From the NCBI GenBank assembly GCA_051294375.1, contig CM119267.1:26179293-26243292 (forward strand): a DNA stretch of 64,000 nucleotides. The letters are read 5' to 3'. The notes beneath the pieces were generated by a model, which was not told where the DNA came from, did no database searches, and saw only the letters and a list, made by a program, of their open reading frames with translations. Position numbers and translations under genes: made by a program. Positions within the stretch are counted from its first letter, which is position 1; the number at the start of each line of letters is the position of its first letter. Source of the stretch: Paraspadella gotoi (lineage: Eukaryota; Animalia; Chaetognatha). This document shows, piece by piece, positions 1 to 11,700 of the stretch.

Positions 1-890
1 GATTAATTAATTATTTATTAATTAATTGACTAATTGATTAATTAACTGAATAATTATTTGATTAATTAATACATCTTGCATTTACATTTAATATAAAAAG
101 AAAAAGAATCATAATCAATTAGTGAAACAGGTTTTTTGTTTTTCCCATTTAAACTCATTTCCACTCCGACGATTCCATTGAAACTTGATTTCCAGCTTAA
201 TCACACACTTTCCTACCCACATACTACCAAATACAAGGTCAATCGCCCCATCCACTCATGAGCAATTGGTGTTCAAATAGTGAAATATATTTTTTTGTTT
301 TTTCCATTTAAACTCATTTCCACTCGGACGATTCCATCGAAACCTGATTTCCAGCTCAACCACACACTTCCCTACCCACAAACAAAATTTCATTCCAATC
401 CATCCATCCAATCACGAGTAATTGGTGTTTTTTTGCTAGGGTGGGACGGACGGACAGACAGACGGATGGACGGACATCATTTTTATCGTTTGCAACGATA
501 TTGCTGTGGTTTTGCTCCTAAGTGGCGTCGTCGTTGTCATCTGCGTTCCAAATTATAGATCGCCTTTTTAGTTGTATCTGCTTATCAGCAGATCCCGACT
601 CTATAATTCACTTTGTCGGTCCGTCGGTCCGCCCCCTCAATATTTTCGGGCACTCATATCATGTCAAAACATCGAATTATGATAAATTATGCAAAAAAAA
701 AGATGTCTGTCCGTCCGTCCATCCGTCCCACCTTAGCAAAAAACACCAATTACTCGTGATTGGATGGATGGATTGGAATGAAATTTTGTATGTCGGTAGG
801 AAAGTGTGTGATTAAACTGGAAATCAAGTTTCGATGGAATCGTTTGAGTGGAAATGAGTTTGAATGGAAAAAACAAAGAACAAAAAACAA
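1..890. mobile_element. Two opposed fragments of DINE-1/HINE-like repeat family A plus a fragment of family R1
   Basis: 1-478 and inverted 570-890 match 10164-10825; GACG/GTCY microsatellite and terminal stem-loop atctgcttatcagcagat. Confidence 0.7.
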
Positions 891-925
891 CATTTTTAAT
901 TTTAAATAATTATCGTCGCTTTCAG

Positions 926-1505
926 GATTATCTTTCCATATGTTCGTCGGCGCCGAGCGAAGTTCTCGCCCTCATCGCTCTCCACAACGCGCCTATTTTA
1001 CTTCAGCGAACCCGACGTCTCCTTGAACGGAACTTGGCGTCATTAGCGCTCTTTGCTTCGCCTTCCCTAGAGGATCGACCTCGACGACCACATTCGTCCG
1101 TCTTCTGTCTCCGCTGCTCGAGGTCTTCGGTTCGGCCTCGCCGTTTTGCGAGGCGGCGCTCTCCGAGAAAAGCCTCATGTTGGCACCGACCGCTTTATAT
1201 TACGACGACGACGTCGCCGCCCGGAAAAAAGATGGTAAAAAACTGAAGGATGTACATAAATAATTAAATATCCTTCATAGTTTTCTGCTCACGAGATTCC
1301 TTAACTTATGACATACTGTCATGAAATGATCTAAATATTCGACGTTACTTAATTTGTTTTTTCAGGGAGTGTCCTATTTTCTAGTTACGATTTTTTTCGT
1401 TTGGGATTTGGACGCGCAAATTTTCCGGAAGCTCTTGACCAATTGAGAGCATTTTTGGAAGAGAGAGGTTTCTCTGCGGAAGAGGATGAAAATAGCGTTG
1501 TCTAG
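926..1505 (+). pseudogene. 3' exons of a PLP-dependent class I/II aminotransferase (VioD/capreomycidine-synthase-like); frameshifted; 5' exons lie outside the window
   Basis: Exon 926-1234 (ttcag acceptor, gt donor) reads DYLSICSSAPSEVLALIALHNAPILLQRTRRLLERNL, then after a frame change near 1060-1066 PRGSTSTTTFVRL..SASPFCEAALSEKSLMLAP. Exon 1366-1505 reads FFRLGFGRANFPEALDQL, TAG. These match the family C-terminal motifs DYxxICxSAPSE and FRxGFGRxNFxE. Confidence 0.7.
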
Positions 1506-1703
1506 AGAAGATAACGGAACGCCGCTCCAAGTCAAAGAAGACGATTCTTTTATGCAATATTTTCCACAAATGCCCTCTTTTGTTGCTAAGCATTGTTAAG
1601 TTAAACTATTGTTAGTTATACATGAATCATGATTATTGGTTAATGTGTCTTTTTCCTATACATATATTTTGATTGGAAATTTAGAGGCCGTATTAAAGTG
1701 GAT

Positions 1704-2334
1704 ATGGCGAGAACCAAGGCTACAGCCCGGCATCACAACGGCCTCCTCGCGAAAATGAGAGCTCGTAAATATGGTGCCAAGAACGTGGGAGTCGCGGGTG
1801 ACGGCGGCAGCTCAGGGGGTAGTAGTGACGAAGATTCAAGTCGGGACTCGAGCAGGAACGGTGATCGTCACCCTCGCCAAAATCCCCGACCTCGTGCGAA
1901 GCCCACTCGGCGATACAGGTTGGACTTGTAGAGCCCCAATATAACACATAACGTTAATGTTTAATTTTTTTTCTCGAAGATAAAAATTACTGAGTAAGTT
2001 AGTGATTTTTTTTCTTCAAATATTTAAAAAAAGACCGGGGACTCGCGCACTCATGGAAATTAGAAAATTCCAAAAGTCGACGAACCTCCTTCTTCGCCGA
2101 CTTCCTTTCCAACGCCTCGTCCGAGAGATTGCGCGCGACATCGCTCTTATCGACGACGACTTCCGCTTTCAAAGCAGCGCCATGCTGGCGCTGCAAGAGG
2201 CCGCCGAGCACTATTTAGTTGTTCTCTTCGAGCACGGCAATCTCTGCGCCATTCACGCCAAAAGAGTCACCCTTATGAACAAAGACCTCGCCCTTGCTCT
2301 AAGGATTCGGGGAGAAAGCACCCAGGGATTGTGA
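1704..2334 (+). CDS. Divergent histone H3 variant, probably centromeric H3 (CENP-A/cenH3)
   Basis: join(1704..1918,2034..2334), GT-AG intron inside RYR/PGT. MARTK start, long divergent tail, histone fold [33 protein letters not shown]...[19 protein letters not shown]; loop 1 three residues longer than canonical H3; C-terminal tail STQGL. Confidence 0.85.
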
Positions 2335-2792
2335 CTAATTTCAACCCTCTTTTTCTTTGTTGACCTCTTTTTTATGGCTTTTACGTATGATCGTTGTTAT
2401 TTGTCATTATTATTATTAGTTGTCGGTATGTCTGTCCATCGGTCGGTCCCACTTACATTAAAAAATCTCGAAACTCGCCTTTATTTGGTTGATCATCAAA
2501 GCGACTGCTAGCGCCGCCTATTGTTTTTGAGTTGTTTTTGTTTAAAAACAAACATCTAAAATTTATAATATGTTCTTTAACTTGTTAAAAAGGTTTGTTT
2601 AAAAAAATATGTATTTTAGAGCTTTATTACTATGAAACTGTTATAGAGTATATGCATATTGCATTTTTATTTTTGTTTTATCTGGTACCCACCAGTTTTG
2701 AATTCTTTTTTCATTGAGAATTTTTGGTTCATCGTTTCTTTTTACCAGGCGCAATTCTATTTATAAGACGGCTTAACATCCTATGTGTCGCC

Positions 2793-5700
2793 ATGTTTAT
2801 GCCCGATGACGCTGACTTTAACTTGGTTTTGTTGGATAAATATTTAGAGTCGAGGGCGTGTTCTGCTTTTGCGCGTCCCATGTCCGCTTCTTTCGGTCGT
2901 AGGATGAAGAGAAGTGATTTTTTTCCGCTTCCCATGTCCGCTTTACGTCGGGACTTGGCTTCCCCTTCATCTCCCGACAGCGGAATGGGAAAGAGTTTCG
3001 TCGCCTTCCGCGATTCTTCCTCGCCTTCGCCTGTCTCTTCGTCACCTCCTACGTCTTCGTGCCCTTTCGAGTCTCACCGCATCTCGTCGTCGTCGCCTTC
3101 CCTCAACACCTCCACCAAGTCTCTCTTCGCCAGATCCTCCTCCACTCGCTGGGGTTCAATTCCTCTGAGGTCCTTCTCACTCGGCGACGACAAATTCCAA
3201 AGTGAAGACGATCTCTCGGAGATCCACGACGACGACGACGACTCTTTGTGCACAATTTCCGATGCAGAGTCGATGTTCCTTAATGTAGATAAAAGAAAGC
3301 GACGGCGGCAGAAACGAGAGCGAAACGCGAAGGAAGAAGATAATTACGAAATGTTACGTCAATTTGCTTTTTCAAATTCGTCCAAAGAGAATCTCAAAGT
3401 TAACGATCTGCCCAAAGAAAAAAGGCTTAATACTTGCATTTATACGAACGCAAGAAATGAAGTGAAGTACGTCGTCAAAAGCAACGTTACCGACGATGAC
3501 GAACGACTCGAGTTCCTTGACTTCCACGCGCTGACGTCTTCTGGCAAAGTCACAAAATTTCCTGACATTTGGCTCGACCCCGAATCAAGCGCACCGTCAT
3601 CGGCTGACGAGCCATTGGCCACGAACTCGGTGGTGGAAGGAAATGGAGATCCTAAAGGTGGAGTCAGTTTATGTCGCACTAGTCAATCGTCATTCAATTC
3701 TCCTAATTTCTCTGAGCCTTGCCCATCGACCATTTTACTGGATAGCAGCGACGACGACGTCTTTGACATCAATTATATAGCAAAGCCGCCCGCCCTTTTT
3801 AAAGATCCTCTTCTCGAAACGAAGAAGCCGAAATTTTCACTTGAACGGACGAGCGGTGAGTTCTCTTTTCTTGTTCCTCAGCTTTAAATTAGGTAGTATG
3901 GAAACAGCCGGGATACCTGTGATGACCATTGGGATGTGGCATCTCACTGTTGGCTTTAGGGGCTACCGACCCCCAGTGACACCTCCTGTCACTGGCGCGG
4001 TTTCCCGAGGACGTAACGCTTGGTATGGTGAGTTCCCCCTCTGAGCCAATGAGATTAGCTGTATGAAGCTGGAGGTGAGGCGGTGTGAATAAACCGCCAC
4101 AGTAGCTTCATTTTTATCGTCGCAATCGCTTAGCGTTTGCAACGATATTGTAACGCTTTTGCGCATAAGTGGCGTAGTCGTCGTCGTCGGCATTCCAAAT
4201 TATAGATCGCCTTTTTTATGATTAAATTTGGGTGTATGAAGCTGAAAATTTATATACAGCTATGGTGGACTAAAATTCACCAACCATTCATCAGCGGCCA
4301 TTGGTGCTGGAGGCAAGTCATTCGCCTCCCAACCCAAAGGTCCGGGGTTTTAGCCTGGTGGCCGCCTAGCAGTTAAGAGGGACGGGGCGCTTAACCCGCC
4401 TGTAACATGGTGTTACAGCTTGATCCGAAGCTCAAGGACTGCTTATATTGAACGTTTTTATTTGTAATAAAAAAGTAGGCGACTACCTTTTTTATTAGTT
4501 TACTTAGTAATTGATATTGCAGGAATAGGCTTTAGGCGAAGCAAGGATTGGCTTTGAGCAAAAGCAAGGGTTGGTCTTAAGTAAAGCTGAAGAAGCAAAA
4601 AATTGGTTATGAGTGAAGCAGAGATTGCCTTTGAGCAAAAGAGGGAAATGGCTAAAAACAAAAGGGCAGTTAGGAGAAGGTTAAAGCCAAAAGGGGGCTT
4701 TTACGGGCCTGCTAAGTCCCAAGCCAATTCCAGAGGAGAAATCACGTGACAAAAATCTCCCTATATAAGGAGTGCCACAGACTGTGGTTAGGAGTCAATT
4801 GAGACCCTCTGAAGAGTAAGGGGAAATTCTGTCCGGCTGGAAAAGTCCAGGAGAGACTGAAAACGCCTAAGTCCAGGAAGGACTGGTTGGAAATAATAAC
4901 ACTAAGGTTAAGTCTGATAAGATTTAGTTAAGGTTTAGTCTGGTAAGACTTGGTTAAGGTTAAGTCTGGTAAGACTTGGTTAATAAGGCGTAGTAAAATT
5001 TCTAAATCTAACTTAAATTAAAATTCTAAAGTGAGGAACGAACAACATTATACAATATGAAATTTATGTAATAAAAAATTATAATAAATTTACAATTTAT
5101 GCAGTAGGCCATATTCTTACTAGTAACTAAACCAATAAATGTTAAAATTTCAAAACAGTTTTTTCTAAGATTTTTTTGCAGATTTGGATTCGTCATAAAA
5201 AAGTTGATAAAAGAAAATAACTCTTTTAAAAAAATTCCTTCATTAAGTGGGTCAAAAATTAGAAAAAGCTATATTTTAAGTTGAAAATTAAACTTTTTAT
5301 TATTAAAATAGTTTTTTAAAATTTTTAACCCACTTAATGAAAAATTTTTAAAAATGATTTTATATTTTCTTTTATCAACTTTTGACGAGGAATTTCAAAT
5401 CTGCAATCAAAATTAAAAAAAAGCCTATTTTGAAATTTTTCAATTTTTTTATAAGGATAGTACTATATATAAATATAGTTTACTGCGTTTACTGACTACA
5501 TAATTCCTAGTGGACTCTCCTCAACTCTCAAGTGGATTTCATTAATACTTTGCAGAGGAGGATTTAGCCTGCCGTCCAATTCTCCTCTTCCTCTTCTTCT
5601 TCTTTCCTCCTCCTGCCCCTCAGTATATTTTGTCAAGCGATACATTCTCTAGTTTTTACTCTTCGCGAAATATACCATTATTTTTCCCTCTATTTCTTCA

Positions 5701-8700
5701 CGCCTTCAATACCACCCCTCAAGTAACGCCCTCTTCGCGGCTCGACACCCTACTACTCGTGGATTAAGTTTCCTGTGCAAACCCTCAGCAAAAAAAAAAA
5801 CGCAGAAATTCTATAAAAAAAATATTTTTCTTCACTAACAACCAAAAACAAATTTAAAAATAAACCAAATTTACAAACTCCCATCTAAAAAAAAAGATAC
5901 CATTTTACAAAATAACTATTAAAATCACTACAAAGAAATTGCATTAAAAAAAACCCTACTTTATGTTAATTACATGATAACTTTCTCCTTTCTCTTCACT
6001 CTTCGTCAACCGAAACTTGGAATTTTCAAAATCTAAACATCAAACTTTGAACCTGGCAACTAAAAATAAGATCGCTTCAACTCTCTCTCTGTCTCTCTCT
6101 CTCCAACTAAAAATGGCAAAAGCTAAGATTAAGAAAAAGGAAAAAGAAAACGTTAGCTCCCTTGAAAGACCAAAAAAAAAGAAAAATTAAAATAACTGTC
6201 CAGAAAAACCAATACCTTTTCTACCCTAAATCTTGAACATAATCCAAAAAATGGCCGCAATAAACTTTAAAGATCAAATCAGTTCTGATGATCTCAAAGG
6301 AGAATATATTGGCATCTTGGAAAACCTGATGATAATAATAATAATAATAATAATGATAATAATGCAAACCCACGAATTCTGGACAAGAATATAATGGATC
6401 TACTTACTTTGGTGCAGAATACACATATGTCCCCTCTTCCTTTAAAAACCCAAACTGTCTCCACCTCAACTCAAACCTATTCAACTCAAGTCAATGCTTC
6501 AACCCAGACCTCAAAACCCAAGGCTAGTTGCAATAAAACAACTCAGACTAAAATACCCTACTCAACCTCCACTTCCAAAACTACCCAAACCGCCATCATT
6601 TCTGATTCAGTTTCAACACAAACCAATGTTGCCAAGACTGATTCTCAAGTGCAGACCGACCTACCAACTGTCAAAGACTATGCTAATGATGTGAAAACTC
6701 AAGCTGGAAAAATCCAATGAGAAACTTCATTTGTAAGAATCAACTCAAACAAGAATCAACACAAAAATCAAGCCTGCTCTTATCAGTCTCCGGTCAAGAA
6801 ATGGGGAAACAAAATCAAGAAATGAAAGAACTGGACCCTGGAAAGAATACACGATCCCTCAAACCTGCGCTGAAAAAATATATATCCCCCCTCATCGACG
6901 TGTTCCTCAAGACCAAAGAAGGCAACCAGTTTTTGGAAAACGCAAAAATACTTACCCTAAACTGATGGAAATAGACTTACGACCATGGTTGCGCCAGAAG
7001 TTTGCTGCATTTTTGGCTCAGACTTTACCATTGCCCTTTTTTTAAGAATCAATATCAGTCATGGTGCAGTGGCATAATTTGTCAATGACTGTGACATAAA
7101 TTAAAAATAAACTTTTAATCATTTAAATAGTAGCTTTGATAGAAATCCAATAGTTTTAGTTTGTGACTTCTCTCACTTTTTTAGTTCTGCGTCTTTGTTT
7201 TTTAGTCCAGAGGGAAGCATGACGATGTAATGCCACGCCATTGGGGGCCTGGACATTACATCTTGGTCAAGAAGGGGGACACAGAGGAGGATTTAGCCTG
7301 CCGTCCAATTCTCCTCTTCCTCTTCTTCTTCTTTCCTCCTCCTGCCCCTCAGTATATTTTGTCTCGCGATACTTTCTCTAGTTTTTACTCTTTGCGAAAT
7401 ATACCATTATTTTTCCCTCTATTTCTTCACGCCTTCAATACCCCTCAAGCTTTGGCTTACATTTTAATTGGAATATGTGTATTTAATTTTGTAATGTACA
7501 TTGATTTTACTGTGCTTTAAAAATATGTATTGAGTCAGTAGTAAAGATATTATTTAAATTTGTACTAAAGATTATTTTCATTATTTTTCTTCCAGGTTAA
7601 ATTTTTAATAAAAGCGCCCCAGGATACAAACTCCAGTGGACTTCAGGATTTAAATAATAAAGTTTTTAACGCCAGGAACTCCAGTGCCCAAGAACTCAAG
7701 GACTCCAGTTTTTCGTATTTTTATAATAAAGTGGGTGGTGGTAAAAAACACCACCCAAGATTTTATTACACTATTACTGTCTCTTCATTTATGAGCCCGA
7801 CTTCCGAACACAACAGCAACAACACTTTTAGGCGACATGCCTCAACCTGGCGATGCACTTTCCGCCAACAACACATCAGGCGACATGCCTCAACTTGGTG
7901 ACGAACTTTCCACCAACAACAACAATTCACTGAAGAGACGCAACAGACTTCTTCCTACGGGAGGGGGGATGTATGGTGGACTAAAATCCACCAACCATTC
8001 ATCAGCGGCCATTAGTGCCGGAGACAAGTCATTCGCCTCCCAACCCAAAGGTCTGGGGTTCTAGCCCGGTGGTCGCCTAGCAGTTTAGAGGGACGGGGCG
8101 CTTAACCCGCCAGTAACGTGTTGTTAGTCTGATCCGAAGCTCAGGGACTGCTTATATTGAACGGTTCTATCACTAACTCATAACAATAATTACTGTCTCT
8201 TCACAGCTTCTCATCATCGATGTCTTTAAAATTGAGTCAGGACAGTTATTATTACGTTTTATCAAAAACAAACTTTCTCTTTTATTTTTATATTTCTTTC
8301 TCTCTTTCTTTTCTCTCTTTCTTTTCTCTTTTAATTATATGTCTCTCTCCCTCTCTCTTTTCCCTAGTCACCGATTCATAGGGAAAAAAACGAGTCTGCA
8401 GCTGGCTCTGCAGGGGCTTATTCTTTTTCTCTCTTTTCTCCTGCTGCTTCTGCCTTTTGAGTCTGCAGCTGGCTCTGCAGTAGACACATTTTTTTCCGCG
8501 GAAAATTATCATAGAGTCCTCAAAAAGGTGTCATTCTGTTCGTTTTTAAATGTTCTTTAAGAAAAAAAATCTTTCAAAGATTTTTTCAATACATCTCGCC
8601 TCTCCCAGGGGCGTCAAAGTGCTACGAGCGTCAAATTTATTGATTTTTGACAATTTTTCTTATTATTATAACTAATTTGAAATAACTTTCTAATAATATT

Positions 8701-11700
8701 TTATGATTTATTAGATTTATTGCTATATTAAATATTTATAAGATTTTTATTTGCATTGTATCAGTATCTTTAAACCGTAAAAAATTCCACAGACCGGAAG
8801 TGACTCTCAAAAACCTTTTTTTTTTTATAAAATTTTAACCTAGGAAGTTTGCCAAAAAAAAACAAAAGAAAGCCAGATAATATTGTAATTTTGTTTATTT
8901 AAATATTTATAAATAATGATTTAATTCTTTTTTAATGGTTTTTTCCTATAAATACAATGCAAACCCGTGTGCCATTTGGTATTACAAAGCGTCTGGAACA
9001 TTTTCCGACTCCACCGTGTTAACATTCAAAAGGCAGACGTTCTTTAGCGCTTCTTTCACGTTTTTTTGAGTCAACCGACAAACGATCGAAATAAGAAAAG
9101 TTGAGCTGACAGAATTGTGGAAACTTGGAGACGCAAGAAGACATCAAGAAGCGAATCCTTGATTTACGTGAAAATCTCTCGTCTCTTCGCGACAAATCCA
9201 GGGCTGAACGAGATTCATACAAGAAAATATAATAAATAAAGTTCTCTTTTATATGGTTGCTTTATATGGTTTATATATCATAACATGCGACACTTATTTT
9301 GATGTGACCGCGGAGGATATGCTCAGTCATCGCAAAAAACACAAAAAAGACGATGCATGGGACGAAGACACAGAATTTGTTCATCGACATCTTAATTTAT
9401 AAAATTCGGAGCGCGCGACAGAGATCAAGCGCAATTTGACCATCGAGGCTCGCCCAGAAAAATATTTGATGATAGAAACGGGTTGACTGGATTTGATTTT
9501 AAAAACATCTTAAATTTAAAAGTATTGTAAAATATTTTTTTTAGTTAACTATCAAACTTTTATGATTACAGGAAAACAACTGTGGCGTACCCTCAGATGT
9601 CATAAAAGATCCAAAGATTTCATCACTAAAATCTGACGATGACGATTCAGAATGGGCCATGCTGGACCCAAAACGTCAAAAAATGATGGAAAGGATTTTA
9701 ATCACATAAAAGCAGTGATACGTTTAGCCATCAGCGCTGTTGATCGGGCATGTCTAAATTGTCTATCAACCATTTCTAGATATTCTTGTCGCGGCGAAAG
9801 TTGACAATGGTTTTTTTCTTTTCCTCGCTTATTTCCGAGATCCGGAGAGAGGTTCATACGACTAAGTTAAACCATGTAAAGTTAAATTTAAAAATAAAAA
9901 TGAAACAAAGACAATTTCATTCATCATAATGTCACCTTTAAGAAACCTTTAAGTTTTCACAAATTCTTCAAACATTCTTTGAACAAGTGGCTTTAAAAGT
10001 GTGTTGGTTGCTCTTTGCGGCCCCGGGATGGAAAAAAGATTTTTGGAGACACTACAATTGAGGAGGGCACCAGACTCTTTTTCGGGACGTTATGAAATTT
10101 CAGGATTTTTGCAGGGAATTAATATGCATCGATGCGACCACCCCAAAGCGAAGTTTTAAATTTAACAAGTTTGAGCAAACAATGTCGGATCTGCCCACAA
10201 TCATTATCGGTAATTAATTAATTAATTAAATAATTTATAATTTATTTATTTATTAATTTATTAATTATGCAATTAATTTGAATCCAAAATGTTTGTTTTG
10301 ATGATTAACTGATTAATTAATTATTGATTAATTAACTGATTAATTAATTTGATTAATTAATACATCTTGCATTTACATTTAAAAGAAAAAGAAGCATAAT
10401 CAATTCGTGAAAACAGGTTCTTTGTTTTTTCTATTTAAACTCATTTCCACTCAAAAGATTCCATCGAAACTTTATTTCCAGTTTAATCACACACATTTTT
10501 ACCCAAATACAAAATTTCAAGTCAATCGGCCCATCCACTTATGAGTAATTGGTGTTCAAATAGTGAAATATATTTTTTGTTTTTTCCATTTAAACTCATT
10601 TCCACTCGAACGATTCCATCGAAACTTCATATCCAGCTCAATCACACACTTCCCTACCCATACACAAAATTTCATTCCAATCCATCCATCCAATCACGAG
10701 TAATTGGTGTTTTTTGCTAAGGTGGAACGGATGGACGGACATCGTTTTTTTTTGCATAATTTATCTTAATCGATGTTCTGACATGATTATAAGTGTGTGC
10801 CCGACAATATTGAGGGGGCGGACCATTTTGGTCGCATGATCTCATCTATGACCCTGGTTTACTAATTTTTTAATGTCGCCATAAAACTTTTGTTATTAAA
10901 TCCATTATTGTTTTTATTAAATACTTATTTTCACTATGGAGAGACTGTGCATAAGAAACAAAATTTTTGTTAAAAGAAAGGTTAACCATTAAGAGAGAGA
11001 GAGAGAGAGTGTAAGTCAAAAGTCAAATTGACCAAATGACCAAAAACCCAAGAAAGGGTTGCCCCCCCTGTCACTTCTCTCTCTCTCTCTCTCTCTTAAT
11101 GGGTAACCTTTCTTTTATTTTTTGATATTTAATACCTTTTCTTGTTTTGTCTCTTTCAGCCACTGATGATGACTTAGAAATTAAGTCGAAATATATGGCA
11201 AAAAAATTTTTTTAAAAGGCGTTGTGAAAGTTACATACGAAAATTCTAAAAGTCAATTATGAACAACATACTATCAGTGAACATTAATTTGTAAAAAAAA
11301 TTAATTTTGTTTTTTAATTTTCGCAGTAGGCTATATTTATATATATTACTATCCTTATAAAATCGAAAAATTTCAAAATAGGCTTTTCTTAATTTTGATT
11401 GCAGATTTGAATTCCTCGTCAAAAGTTGTTAAAAGAAAATATAAATCATTTTTAAAAATTCTTTCATTAAGTGGGTTAAAAATTAAAAAAACTATATTTA
11501 ATATATAAAAAGTTAATTTTCAGCTTAAAATATAGCTTTTTTTAATTTTTGACCCACTTAATGAAGGAATTTTTCAAAAAGAGTTCTATTTCTTTATGTC
11601 AACTTTTTATGACAAATCCAAATCTGCAAAAAAATCTTAGAAAAAACTGTTTTGAAATTTTAACATTTATTGGTTTAGTACTAGTATAAATATGGCCTAC

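Larger units (their letters stand above)
4463..7770. mobile_element. TG...CA element (probable large solo LTR) with nested inserts
   Basis: Termini tgtaataaaa / ttttattaca; flanks ttatt / ctatt; TATA-like ctatataagg at 4761; 3x 26-bp repeat at 4903-4983. Confidence 0.6.
4261..8203 (+). mobile_element. TRIM-like miniature LTR retroelement; its 5' LTR is split by a nested insertion
   Basis: 5' LTR 4261-4462 plus 7771-7787; 3' LTR 7970-8203 (TG..CA); PPT gggagggggga at 7959-7969; PBS-like tttatgagcccgac at 7788; TSD cagc at 4257-4260 and 8204-8207; the host R1 sequence resumes seamlessly. Confidence 0.8.
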
